Source of the DNA: Scenedesmus sp. PABB004
Taxonomy: Eukaryota
Direction of reading: 5' to 3'
Assembly: GCA_014905635.1 (NCBI GenBank)
Contig: JABVCE010000011.1
Span: forward strand, 248,001 to 312,000
DNA: 64,000 nucleotides
Shown here: piece after piece, positions 11,474 through 24,124 of the stretch
Layout of the letters: every line of letters begins with the position of its first letter
Numbering within the stretch: the stretch's first letter is position 1
Made by a program: the position numbers and the translations under genes
Notes under the pieces: generated by a model
What the model saw: only the letters and a program-made list of their open reading frames with translations
Told to the model about the DNA's origin: nothing
The model's database searches: none

Positions 11474-14400
11474 TCACACGCCGCTCACGCCGTCGCGCAG
11501 CGCGACGGGTGGCCCGCCGCCGCCCTCCTCGCGCAGTGTGAGCAGGCCGTACGCCAGCATGGCGGCCTTGAGCTGCGGGCTCGCGCCGAGGCGGGGCAGC
11601 AGCTCCGCGGCCGCCGCGCGCGCGTGCTCCAGCAGCGCCGGCGCCGCCTGCAGCTCCTGCCAGGTGAGGCTGGTGAACACGGACGACTTGCCGCTCTGCT
11701 TGGTCCCCCACACGTCGCCGGGGCCGCTGCGGCGGCGGCGGGCGCGGCACACGCGTCGGGCGGCGGCGCGCGGGCGCGGCGGCGGGCGCGGTGCGGCGCG
11801 CCCCGCGCCGCCTGCGCCAGCGACCCCCGGCCGCCGCCCGCGCCGGCGGCCCCGGCCGCCGCCCCGCCCGCCCGCGCCGCGCCCGCCCGCACCGCATGCG
11901 CAGGTCTGCCTCCGCGATCTCCAGCCCGCTTCTGCTGCGCTCGAGCACGCGCAGCCGCGCCGCGGCGGCGGCCGCGCCGGGCTCACCGTCGGGTGGCGCG
12001 AAGAGGTAGCAGCGGCTCGCGCGCGCGCCGCGCCCGACGCGGCCGCGCAGCTGGTGGAGCTGCGCGAGGCCGAAGCGCGCCGCGTTCTCAACCAGCATCA
12101 CGCTCGCCTCCGGCTCGTCGATGCCGACCTCCACCACGGTCGAGCTGATGAGCACGGGCGCCTCGCCGCTGCGGGGCGGCGCGGGCGCGCGTGGGCGGGC
12201 GCGTGGGCAGGCAGCGCGGGCGGGGCCGCGCCGCGCGCCGCGTGCTGCGCAGCCGCCGCCGCGCGTCCCCGCGCACCTGCTGAAGCGGCGCAGCACCTCT
12301 GCCTTCTCCTCTCCGCGCATCTTGCCGTGCAGCAGCCCGATCGCGACGCCGCCGAACTCGCCCGCCGCGGTGAGGCGCGCGTGCTCCTCCTGCGCCGCGC
12401 GCACGCCCGCAAGCGCGTCGCGCTCGCTCTCGTTGACCAGCGGGCACACCACGTACGCGCGCCCGCCGGCGCGCAGCTCGTCGTGGATCGCCGCGCACAC
12501 CTGGCGGCGGCGCGGGGGGCGCGCGCGCGTCCCGCGCGGCGGCTCAGGAAGGGACCTCCGGCCGGCGGGCGCACGCACGCGCGCCGCTGCGCCGCACAGC
12601 GCCCGCGGCGCCCGGCGCGCGCGCGCGTCCCCCGCACCTCGCGCCGCGCCGCGTCGCTGTCGACGACGACGCGCGTCGCGACGGGGCTGCGCCCCGGCGG
12701 CATGGCCGCGATGGTGCTGAGCTGCAGGCCGCCGTAGTGCACGAGCGCGAGCGTGCGGGGGATGGGCGTCGCGGTCATGAGCAGGAGGTGCGGCGGCGCG
12801 GGCAGCTCCTGCAGCAGGCGCTCGCGCTGCTTCACGCCAAACCTGCGAGCGCGCGCGGGCGGCGTTTGGACGCCGCGCCGTGCTCGGTGCGCCGCGCGGC
12901 CCAGCGCGCCGCCGCCGCGCGGCCGCGCGGCGCGTGGCCCTGCGGCCGCCGCCCCTGCCCCGCTCACTTGTGCTGCTCGTCGACGACCACGAGCGCGAGC
13001 TTGCGCCAGCGCCGCACCCAGAGCGCGGCCTGCGTGCTGACCAGCACATCGAGCTGCCCCTCGGCGACGCGGCGCTTGACCTCCTCGCGCTCCTTCGCGC
13101 GCCCGCTGCTCGTCAGCAGGCCGACGCGCGGGCGCAGCGACAGCGGGAGCCGCTCGGCGATGCCCGCGAGCGTCGCCGCGTGCTGGCTCGCGAGCAGCTC
13201 GGTCGGCGCGAGGAGCAGCGCCTGGAAGCCTGCGCACGCGCAGGACGGCGGCGGCGGCGGCGGCGGTGGCGGGCACGCTGAGCGGCGCGCGGGCAGCATC
13301 ACGGCACGCTGAGCGGGCGGGGGCACGGCCGCGGCGCGCGCGCGCGCACCCGACCCCGCCGCCGCCAGGCACGCGAGCGCCGCGACCGCGGTCTTGCCGC
13401 AGCCGACGTCGCCCTGCAGCAGGCGCAGCATCGCCGCCGGGCCGGCCATGTCAGCGAGGACCTCGCCCAGCGCGGACTCCTGGTCGGCGGTGAGACTGAA
13501 CGGCAGCACGCGCCGCGCCGCCTCGACAAGCGTCCGGTCCGTCACAGCGTGGGCAGGCGCGCCGCCCGGCGCCGGCGCCGGCGCCTGCGGCGGCGCCTGC
13601 GCCACGGCCGCGGCGCCGGCCGCCCCCTGCAGCGCCCGCCCGCCGCCGGCCTCGACCTTGGCCGGACGGCCCGCGCGCTTGGCCGGCGCGGGCGCGGGCG
13701 TGGCCGCCGCCTCGTCGTCGCTGCTGGCGCCGCTCGCGCTCGCAGTGGACGCAGCGGACGACGGGGCGCCGCCGCCGAGCAGCGAGACGCCGCGCTGCAG
13801 CCAGTACCGCTCCAGCAGCTGAGCCATCTGCACCAGCACCAGCTCCTGCGTGCGGCGAGGGGACGGGGCGCGCCGGCCGGCCGGTGGCGTCGGCGCGCGA
13901 CGCCGTCGCCGCGGCGCGCGGGCACGCACGCCGCGCGAGCGCGCGGCAGCCGGCGGCACACACCTGGAACGCGAGCCGCCGCCGCGCGGCCGCGTGCGCC
14001 TCGAGGCTGCGCGGGCGGTGCAGGTCGGCCAGCGCCTCGGCCAGCCCCGGCAGCCGGTAGCTCGCGCGCATGCCGGCGGGCAGCAGCTCCGCCGCGTCGC
14101 GCGCCGCGACCATGTCGAGCGCCCTGCGCCGGCGGCGGCGCGCTCGGCGGCGGCCGGACGGCGCGCAGCCGCGTGGCGCCCGTTCCGCCGCGCCCGCCCT
14201 GCTCACTTGTCGGCCACGCCCTTCTGCCGCCCCCGGGTGCGCCAGTCCTCGGGCTTGAGCTCCTTCACGCCTTTGTACACGGCAGCCAGCCGCGCGCCGT
14301 CGCCGCCAGCGCCGGCGGCGACGCTGCTGTCAGGCGGGCCCGCCGCGGCCTCGTCGTCGCCGTCGCTCGCGCCGCCGTCGGCCGCAAACTCCAGCGCCGG

Positions 14401-17400
14401 CGTCCCGACGGTCTCCCACGTGCACAGCCGTTCGCCTGCGCGCGCGCGCGGGGGGGGGGGGGGGGTGCGGCGCAAGGTGCACGCGGCGTGGGCGCCGGTG
14501 GCATGGGCACCGGCGGCGCCGGGCGACGGGGCTGCGGTGGGGCTGCGGCGGCGCGGCGCCGGCGCGCGCACCGTACGAGAACGGCGACGCCAGCGGGCGC
14601 ACGCGGCCTGAGACGATCACGGGCGTGCCCGCCGCCCGCGCCGCGACGGCCGCCGCGTGCGCCTTGCGGCAGGCCGACAGCGCCGCCTGGGCGTTGAAGC
14701 TGAACTCCCAGCGCGACGCGCGCAGCAGCACGGGGCCAGCCTCGGGCGGGTCGGCCGGCACCTGCCGCGCGGCGCGGGGGGCACACGGCGCGGCGCGCTC
14801 GCGGCGGCAGGCGGGCACGCGCCCCGAGGCACGGCGGGCCCGCCGCTGCGGCGCGCGGGGCCCCTTAGAGATCTGCAAGGCTCACCTCGAAGATCGCGGT
14901 CCACACCGCGGCGGGCTTGCCCGGCCAGGGCCGCGGCGCGATCGCGCCGACGCACCTGCGCGGCGGCGGCGGCGGCAGCGGCGGCGGCGCGCGGTCGGCA
15001 GGGCACGCGCCGCCGGCAGCGCCGCCCCCGCTCTCGAGCGTCAGCCGCACTTGGCAGTGAGCTCAACGAGCTGCGTCTGCTCGCCGTCGTCCTCCTCCGA
15101 CTCGTCGCTGCTGCTCGCGGCGCCGCCGGGCGCCGCGCCGCCTGCCGCAGAGGGCGGCGCAGCGGCCGCGTCGTCGCCCGCGGCCGCGCCGACGCTGATG
15201 CGGTCAGCGTGCACCGCGATGCGCGGCGCGCACATGAGCACCTGCGCGGCGGGCAGCGGCGGGGCGCGGCCGCGGCGCGCTCGTCGGCGCCCGGCGCGGC
15301 GGCGCCGGCGGGAGGGGCGCGCGGCGCCGCGGCGGCATGTCGGGTGGTTTGGGAGTGCCGCTGCCCACGGCAGGCGCAGCGGCCCTTGTCTCCGCCCGGC
15401 GCGCTGTGGGCCGGCGGGCCGCCGGGGCAGCGGCGACGAGGGTGCGCCGCCGCCCGCGCGAGGGCAGCCGCCGGCCGGGCAGCCGGGATGCCCGCGCGAG
15501 CGCGGGCGCGGGCGCGCCTGCGCCTGCGCTGGCACCGCCGCCGGCCAACCCACCTTCAGCACGTTGGTGAGCCCCGCGGAGCGCAGCTTGTCCCGCTGCG
15601 TGGGCGAAAAGGCCTTGCACTCGTCCACGGCGGCGCTGAGCGGCGCCCACGCGGCCGCCAGCTCGGCAGAGTCGAACCGCAGGTCGCGCTCAGACAGCGA
15701 GCCCAGCGCCACCGACACACCCGCCTCGACCGCGGCCGCGTCAACCGGCAGCAGCAGCGGGTCGGGCTCGCCCGGCGCCAGGGCCGGCGCCAGGGCCGGC
15801 GCGGCCGCACTCTCGGCGCTGCGCCCGCCACCGCTGCCTGGGCCCGGCGCGGAGCCCGGCGGCGCCTGCTGCTGCCGCTGCTGCGGCTGTCGCTGCTGCG
15901 GCTGCTGCTCCTGCTGCTGCTGCTGCTGCTCCTGCTGCTGCTGCTGCTGCCTCTGCTGCCTCTGCTGCTGCCGTGCCTGCTGTTGCTGCTGCTGCGCCTG
16001 CTGCTGCCGAGGCGCCAGCTCGCGCCTCTGACCAGCCACCCGGGCGAGCTCCGCCTCGCCGCGCTCCAGGAGCGCGTGCGCCAGCTCGTGCGCGTCCATG
16101 CCCGCCGCGCTCGCGTGGCCGCCGCCCGCGCCGTCCTGCAAGCCGTCCTGCAAGCTCATCTGAGCGAGCCTCCCAAACACCTCCAGGTTGACACGCACGT
16201 CGTCCAGCGCCCTGCCGCAGCGCGCGGCGGCCGCGCGTGAGCGGGCGCCGGAGCGCGCAAGCGTGCGCGTGCGCAGCAGCGCCGCCACCGCGGGCTGCCG
16301 CAGGCCGCCGGCGCGCACCGGTGTGCATTGTTCTCTGGGATGCCGAACGCCGCGCGCAGCGTCTGCAGCTTGGCGTTGGGCCAGCCCGCGCCGTCCTGCA
16401 GCGGCTGCGCCAGGCGCAAGGTGTCCAGCGTCGGCCACGCGCCGGCTGCGTCCGGGTGTGCGCCCTTGGGGCCCAGCAGCTCCTGCAGGCCTCGCAGGCG
16501 CAGCGCCGCCGCCCAGGGGCGCAGCACGTTGAGGTCAAACCTGCGGCGGCGGAGATGCGAGGCGGGCGTCGGCAGCGGCGCGGCGTGGCGGCGCCGGCAG
16601 GCGCGGGCAGGCGCGCGGCGGACGCCGGCGCGCCCAGCGGGCGCCGCACCGCCTGATGTTGTGCCCGGCGAGCACCAGCCGCGCGGTGCCGTCGGGCGCC
16701 GCCTCGCACAGCGCCGTCAGCCACTGCACCCACTCCAGCAGCACCGCCGGCAGCGGCGCCGCGCCCGAGACCATGTCCCAGTGGATGCCGGTCACGCGGG
16801 ACGCCTCTGCGTCAATCGCCGACAGCGGCCGCACCATGCGGCTGAACGGCGGCGTGGCCGCGTCGCCGGCGCACGCGGCGAGCTCGGTGACGTCTTGTGG
16901 CGGCTCTGCGGGGCCCGGCGAGGAAGGGAGGACGGCGGGGTGAGGGCAGCGGCGCTGCGCACGCCCTGGCAGCGCGGGCGCCGCCGCCCTCGGGCCGTCG
17001 CCCTCGGGCGACGGCGGCATGGGCAGCGTTGCGCCCAAGATTTGCCGCGCGCCGCGCGCCGCCGCTGCGCGGCGCTCACGCGTGCCGCAGGTCTCCAGGT
17101 CGAAGCACACCAGCCGCACCGGCCCCGACCGGCTGACCGCGGCGAGGCGGTCCACCGCGGCGGGCAGCAGGCGCGCGGCGCGCTCCCACTGCTCGTGCAG
17201 TGCGGCGTCGCCCCAGTCCCTCCAGCCGGGCAGGCCAGCCAGGCCGCGCGTGGCAATGGTCTCCAGGTGCTCCTGGCAGAGCGGGTGCGGCATGTGCGTG
17301 CCGCCGGCTGCGCGCGCGTGCGCGGCGGCGCCGCCGCGCCAGCTCGCGCCGGGCTGCGGGCGGGCGCGAGGGCCGCCCACGAGCGGCGGGCCGCCGCGGC

Positions 17401-18203
17401 CAGGGGGGCCGCTCCGCGGCCGCGGGCGGACGGGGCGCGGCGGTGCGGCGGCGCTGCTGCTGTGGCGCGCTGCGGACGCTGCCGCCGCCGCGTCGCCGCC
17501 GCGGCCAGGGAGCGGTGTCGCCGCCGACGCCGCCGCTTGCAGGTCGCCCTGGGCGCCGGCGCCCTTGGACAGCAGGGTGCTGACCTGCAGGGGATGCAGC
17601 AGCTCCTGCTGTCGCTGCTGCAGTGTCTGCTGCTGTGTCTGCTGCTGCTGCGCCTGCTCCTGCTGCTGCTGCTGCTGCGCAGACGCCACCGCCGACTGCA
17701 CCGACCTGATCGTCGAGCGCTGCGGCCGCCGGGCGTGCGGCGACACCGGCCTGCTGCCGAGCGGCGCCCGCTGCTGCGCGTGCTGCTGCGCCCCCGCCTG
17801 TGCGGCGGCGGCGTCGCGGGCGGCGGCGGCGGCGGCGGCTGCGGCGCCGCTGCAGCGCCCGCGCCACCCGTGCGCGGCTGCTGCTCGCCGCCGGGCGCGT
17901 GCGCCAGGCACCGCGCCGCCGCGCCGCGCTGCGCCGGGAGCAGCAGCCGACGCGCAACAGCCTGCGGGAGAGGTGCCGGGCGCGGCGAGGCAGCGCGTGA
18001 GCAGGGGCGCCGCGTGAGCTGCCGCCGCTGCCGCTGCCGCGCGCTGCGCCGCTGCCGCCCGCGTCCGCCCCGCGCCGGCGCGGACGCGCCTGAAGGCCCA
18101 CGCAGAGGCCGCCCAGGCCGGCGAGCATGACGGGGCGCGTCACGCCCGGCCGCGCCGCCAGGGCGCCGCGCGGTGGGGGCGTGGCGCGCGGCGGCGGAGG
18201 CAT
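11474..18203 (-). CDS. RECG: Organelle-type RecG DNA helicase with N-terminal DEDDh (DnaQ-like) 3'-5' exonuclease domain
   Basis: RecG motifs ARRRLAFQ/EL, LPFSLTADQ, RLLQGDVGCGKT, APTELLASQH, VVVDEQHK/FGVKQR, MTATPIPRTLAL, AYVVCPLV, LLHGKM, STVVEVGID, FGLAQLHQLRGRVGRG, GLEIAEADLRMR/GPGD. Exonuclease motifs FDLETCG, AGHNIR/RFD, DTL, HR/ALDDV. The start codon and first exon (~17900-18203) are uncertain. Confidence 0.9.
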
Positions 18204-18642
18204 CGCCCGCCGCCGCCCATGCGTCGCGCGGCGCTGCCCACGCGCGCGGCCTCAGGCGCCGGGCATGGCGTGGTGCTGCAACGCGTGACTCCTGGTGGCG
18301 CCCGGCTGCGCGGTGCCCTGCCGAGGCCGCTGCGCAGCTGCTGCTGCCGCTGCCGCTGCCGCCGCGGCTGCTGCCCGCCCGGCCGCCGCTGCTGTGTGCT
18401 TCAGCCGCGCGCCTGGGAGGAGCAATGACGCTGCTGCGGGCGCGGCCCCAAGGCGATCAGAAATGCGCGGGCGGCGCGCTTCGTGCGGTTGAACGGCGGC
18501 GCAGCGGCCGCCTGTTTTCACGGCGCCGCTCCCGCAGGGCGCACAGCCAGGGCTCCCCACAAGCCGCGCCCCCGGCGCGCTGGCCGACGCCGCTCGCCCC
18601 GGCGCCGCTGCTGCCGGCGCGCCGCCAAGCGCACACGCAACC

Positions 18643-20882
18643 ATGCGGCTCAAGTTGAAGCACGCCGGCTACCCCCGCGCCCCAGCGCACAGGGTGGAGC
18701 TGCCCGGCGGCGCGACGGTCGCGGAGCTGCGCGCCGCCGCGAGCGCAGCACTGCCCGCGCTCGCCGGGGCGCGGCCGGAGGACGTGGTGCTGTCGCTGAA
18801 CCGCAAGGTGCGCCGTCGACGTGCCAGCGGGGCGGACGCGCGGGCAGCCGCGGCAGCGGCGGCAGCAGCGGGCAGCGGCCGCAGGAGCAGCAGCGGCGGG
18901 GCGCATGCATGCGCGGTCCGCCGCGCCCGCACTGCGCCGGCGGTGCTGAGGAGCGCCTCTGCTCTGCCCTCTGCAGGATGCGCTCGGCGGCGCCGGCGGC
19001 GAGGAGACGCTGGCGTCGCTGGGCGTGTGCTCGGGGGACCTGCTGTGGGTCCTCGCGCCCGCCAGCACCGCGGCGCCCGCGGCGGCGAGCGCCGCGCCGC
19101 CAGCGGCGCCTGGCGCGGCGCGCGCGGCGCTAGCCCCGGCCGATGAGCCCATGGGCGAGGCGGAGCCGCCAGCAGCAGCACCGCCCGGCGACGCAGGCGC
19201 GAGCCCCGGCGGCGCGGCGCTGCGCGCCGGCGATGCTGCCGGGGCGGCGGGCGCCGAGGCCGCAGCGGTGGCGGCCGAGGCGGCCGCGACGGCGGCGGCC
19301 GAGGCGGCCGCGGCGGCGGCGATCAAGCAGCTTGCGCAGGCGGTGCCGGCCAAGCCGTGGGTCCCGGACCACCTGCAGCGCCTGCTGGACGCGCTGACGC
19401 CGCCGCAGACGCCAGCAGACGGCACGGCGGCGGCGGTGGCGGCGGCCCTCACGCCCGCCCAGGCGCTGCTGCTCGCGGCGCACGCAGCGATGGCCGAGTG
19501 CGGCTTTGCGCCCGCGGTGCAGCCGTCGGGGCTGAGGGCGCTCCTGCAGGGCGCCGGCGGCGTGTGGACGCTGGCGTACGCGCTGCCGGACCCCGGCAGC
19601 GGCGGCGCCGGCGGCGGCACGAGCAGCGGCGCGAGCAGCGGCGTGGGCGCGCAGGTGAAGGCCGTCGACATGGGCCACCACCTGGTGCTGGCCGGCAGTG
19701 TCCACGGAGGGGCGGCGGGCGCGGGCGGCCGGCTGGCGGCGACGCTCACGCTGGCAAAGGCGCAGGTGGCGCCGCCGCAGGTGCAGCAGGTGCAGCAGGC
19801 TCAGCAGCAGGAGGCGGCGCAGCAGGGGATGCAGCAGGACATGCAGCAGGACATGCAGCAGCAGACGCAGACGCAGCAGCAGGGGATGCAGCAGCAGCAG
19901 CAGGCGCAGCAGCAGCAGCAGCAGCAGCCCGGCTGGCCGCTGTGCGCGTACGCGGCGCTGCCGCAGCTGTACCTCTCGCTGAAGGATGGCCTGGCCCTGC
20001 GCCTGCTCGTGGCCGCGTGCGCCGCGGCCGGCCGCGCGCCGCCGCTGGGCCTGACCAGCCTGCCGCACGAGCTGCAGGAGGCGGTGCTGGCGTCGCTCGA
20101 GGTACGCGCCGCAGCGCGGCGGCCGCGCGGCACGCGGGGCCGGCCGGCCGCGCCCCGCGGGCGCGCCGCCGCGCACTCAAGCGCCGGCCGCGTGCGCGCC
20201 GCAGGCGCGCGACCTCGCGGCGCTCGCGTGCGCGTGCGCGCCGCTGCGCCATCGCGCGAGCGCCGACGCGCTGTGGGAGCCGCTGTTTGACCGAGAGTTC
20301 CCACCGGCGCCGGCGGCGGCGGGCCCCGCCGCCGGCGGCCTCGCGCACGCGCTCGCGCACACGCTGGCGCAGCTGCGCCGCGACGCGCCGCGCCACGGCT
20401 GGCGCTGGGCGTTTGCCGCGGCCTGGGCGGCGCGCGCGCGCCTGCGCGACGAGGAGCGGCGCCGCGCGCGCGGCGCCGCGCTGCACCACCACCGCCCGCC
20501 CCACCCCGGCGAGATGCCGTGGGGCCCCTTCCGGCCGGGCCGCCCGCTGATGCCGCCCGGCATCGTCGGCGGGGACTATGATCGCTTCCCCGGCGGCCTG
20601 GGCCTTGGGTTTGGCCCCGGCGTCGGCTTTGGCCCCGGCGGCGGCGGCCTCGGCGGCGGCGGTGGCATCATCCACCTGGGCGGCGGCCTCGGCGGCGGCG
20701 GCGGCCTCGGCGCCGGCGGCGCGCTCGGCGCCGGCGGCGCGCTGTTCTCGGGCGGCGGGCGCGGCTTTGGCGTGGGCCTTGGCGGCGGCGGCGGCGGCCC
20801 CGGCGCGGGCGGCCTGGGCGTGCCGGGGCTCGGCGGCCGGCGGCGCGAGGGCGGCGGCGGCGGCAGCACGCGCCTGCGCTGA
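18643..20882 (+). CDS. FBXO7/SKIP22-like F-box protein (Ubl - FP/PI31-like - F-box - Pro/Gly tail)
   Basis: N-terminal Ubl MRLKLKH...VVLSLNRK/...TLASLGVCSGDLLWV; LLLAAHAAMAECGF; LYLSLKDGLALRLL; F-box LTSLPHELQEAVLASLE/ARDLAALACAC; C-terminal PPGIVGGDYDRFP. Confidence 0.85.
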
Positions 20883-20911
20883 CCTCGTGCGCGGCAGGAG
20901 AGCGGGCGGGG

Positions 20912-20981
20912 CGTTGCTGTTGTTGCACGTAGGCTGCTGTTGCAACCTAGGCTGCTGTTGCAACCTAGGCTGCTGTTGCAA
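20912..20981. repeat. 18-bp tandem repeat (TAGGCTGCTGTTGCAACC) between convergent genes
   Basis: Units start at 20930, 20948 and 20966 (partial), with a degenerate unit upstream. The three main units each contain the palindrome TTGCAA. Confidence 0.85.
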
Positions 20982-21011
20982 TTGATCACGCGCGCACGCG
21001 TGGCGCCCCCG

Positions 21012-21581
21012 CTACAGCCCCTCCAGGTGGGGGCTCGCCGCCAGGGCCGCGAGCGCCGCCTCCATGTCAACGTCCACCTCCGGCGGGCCGCCTTCGCTCA
21101 CACCGCCGTCGCTCGCGCCCACCGCAAAGAGCCCGGCGCCGCCGACGTCGGCGCCGCCCGCCGCCACGAGGCCGTGCTCGACCTCCATCGCGCCGCCGCC
21201 GGCCTCCTGCGCCGCATCGCCGCCCTCGCCGCCCTCGCCGCCCTCCGCGCCGCCCTCCGCGCCGCCCTCGCCGCCGCCCTCCTCGCCGCCGCCGCCCGCC
21301 GCCTCGGCCTCGATCGGGTCGCCGCTGGCCTCGCCCTCCCCGGCCGGCGCCCCGCCGTCCGCGGCCGGCGGCTCGCCGTCCTGGCCGCCGGCGGCGAGCA
21401 GCAGCAGCGCGCCCATCGCGTCCTCGCCGGGCTGGCTGGGCTGCGTGAGCTGGCCCACAGCCAGCGCCTCGGCCAGCGCGCCGCCGCCGCCCGGCTCCTC
21501 GCCGGTGCCCTCGTCGCCCTCGCCGCCCTCGCTGCCGCTGCGCTCGTCGCCCTCGCCGTACTCGCTGTCCGAGCCATACGC

Positions 21582-21622
<41 letters not shown>

Positions 21623-24124
21623 CGGCGAGGCTGCTGGGGCTGCCGGTGCCGCCGGCGTCGCCCGAGCCGGTGCTGCCGTCGACGTCCGCGGCCGCGCGCT
21701 CCGCGGCGGCGAGCAGCGCCTCGGCCATGCTGCGCGCGTCCTCGTCGTCCATCGCCGCGTCCGCGGCGGCGGCCGCCGCTGCCGCGGCGAGCGCCGCGGC
21801 GTGCTCGGCGCGCGCCGCGCGCTTGAGGTCGATGCGCTCGCTGCGCCGCCCAGGCTCGGTCAGCCGCGGCGCCGCGGGCGCGCGCGGCTTGGCCGGCGGG
21901 CGCGGCGCGTAGTCCCCGCCGCTGCGCCTGACCCCGCTGCTGCGCCGCCGCCCCGAGCGCGAGCGCGGCGCGGGCGGGCGCGGCACGAGCGGCGGCGCCG
22001 GCCGGGGCGCGCCGGGGCCCTTGAGGTGCACGCGGCGCAGACTCATGACCAGCTGCTCCTGCGGGGCGCGCCGGGCGGCGCGGCGCGGCGCGGCGGGCGG
22101 GCGGCGGGAGCAGGCGCTCAGCGTGCGCGCAGCGGCCGGCGGGCGGCGGGCGGCGGGCGGCGGCGGAGGCGGCGGGGGCGGAGGGGCGGGCGGCGCACCT
22201 TGGGCATGCTCGGGTCTGCCAGGTAGGCGTGCAGCGGCGCATAGATCTCAATCTGCCGCGGCGCGGGGCGGGGACGAGGGCGCGCGCGCGGGCGGGCGAG
22301 CGGGCGCGGGCGGGCGGGGCGGTCGGCGCCGGGCAGCCGAGCGCGCGCGCTCCGCCGCCACGCGGGCGAGCACGCGCCGCCGCCGCCGCCGCACCTTGAA
22401 GTTGAGGATGGTGTTGGGGCCGCGCGTGTGCAGCGCCATCACGTCGTGCGCCTTGGCCGCCTGCAGCTGCGCGCGGCGGGCGCGGGTGCGGCCGGCGCGG
22501 CGGCGTCGGCGTCGTTGTGCGGGGGTGGCGCCGTCGGCGCGTGCGGCCGCGCGGCAGCCGGCGCCGCACCTCGCTGTCAAAGGCGCCCAGGTAGATCTGC
22601 TTCTTGCTGTCCCAGATGTGCGCCTGCGGCGTGGGCAGCGGCAGCGGCGGCGGCGGCGGCGGCGGCGTGAGCGCGCGCGCCGCGCGGGCGCGGGCGCGTG
22701 GGCACGGGCGCCGCCCCGCACGCGGGCGGGCGCCGCGGGCGCGGCGCCGGCGCACCTCCCAGCGCCGCGTGCGCTTGTGCTGCGTCGTGCCGCGGTACGT
22801 GCTGATCGTGCCAGTGGCCTTGCGGACGCGGATGCCGTGCGGCGTCTGAGTGAGTGGCGGCGGCGGCGGCGCGCGGTCGGCCGGCGGCGCGGCGCGCGGC
22901 TGCGGGCGCGCGGCCGCGGCGCGCGCGCCGCACCCGGCCGCTGCTGAGCGCGGAGAGGCTCTGCTCGTCGCGCGTCTCGTCGGCCTCGTCCGCCGAGACG
23001 GGCTTCTGGATGACGGCGACGAGCTTGTCCTCAAAGTCAGCCATGCTGCCCGTCTTGGTCGTCATCGGCAGCGACAGCGCGTCCAGCAGCGCCGCCCACG
23101 GCCCGGCCGCGAGCGCGGCGACGGCGCGCTCCTTGCGGCGCGAGAGCGCCTCGGGCGTGTCGGGCTCGGGCGACCGCGGCGGCGCCGCGAGCGCCGCGTG
23201 CGCCCAGGCCGAGCGCGGCTCCGCGACGGGGCGGCTCGGCGCGGGCGCCGCCGCCGCCCCGGCCGCGCCCGCCATGTGGCCGGCCGGCTTGCGCTTGCCG
23301 GACTTGCGCTTGCCCGTGGCGGCGCCGGCGGCGAAGCGCAGGCCGTGCCGCTCCGCGCGCGCCGCGGCCGCCGCCGCGGCCGCCGCCGCGGCGGCGCGCG
23401 CGTGCGCCTGCTCCGCCTGCCGCGCCGCCGCGCGCGCCGCCTGCTCGTGTGCCTTTTGCATCGCGCGCGCCTGCCGCTGCGCCTCCCCGCGCGCCGCCTG
23501 CTGCAGGCTGCCCACGAGCGCGCCCAGCGCGACCGCCACCTTGCTGCGCTGCGCCGCGGGGCGGCGCTCGCGCGCCGGCGCGCCGCGATCTGGGCCGCCG
23601 CCCTCGCCGCCCCCGCCCCGCCGCTGCTTGTCCTGCTGCTGCTGCTGCCCGTCCTGCTGCGCCCACGCCGCCGCGCCCTCCGCGTCCTGCATGTCCACGT
23701 CCTCGCCGTCCGCGGGCGCGTCCGCGTGGCCGCCGCGCTCCGCGGGCGGCGCGCTGCGAGTTGCGCCGGGCGGCTGCGCGCCGCCCTCACTCGCCGGCGA
23801 GCCCGTGTCGCGCCGCTCCTCGGCCGCGTCCAGCCGCGGCCGCTTGGCCTCACGGCCGGGGCTGCCGGCCGGCGCCGGCGCCGACGCGGGCGCCGGCGCG
23901 GCTGGCGGCGGCGGCGGCGACGCAGCAGCAGCGTGGTCGCTGCTCCCCGCGCCGCCCGGCGCCGGCTCCCGGCGCGCCTCGGCCAGCCCCGGGGGCGGGC
24001 TGCTGCTACCGGGCACCGGCTCCGCGCCGTCCTCGCCCGGGGGCGTCGGGGCCGCGCCCGGGCGGCCGCGGTCGCTGCTGTCTGCGTGCTGCATCTCGCC
24101 CGCCTCCGCCTCTGAGCGCTTCAT
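21012..24124 (-). CDS. AP2/ERF transcription factor (AP2-subfamily-type domain, acidic Gly/Glu C-terminus)
   Basis: Spliced domain STYRGTTQHKRTRRWE/AHIWDSKKQIYLGAFDSE/LQAAKAHDVMALHTRGPNTILNFK, followed by the linker-like KEQLVMSLRR. Confidence 0.9.
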
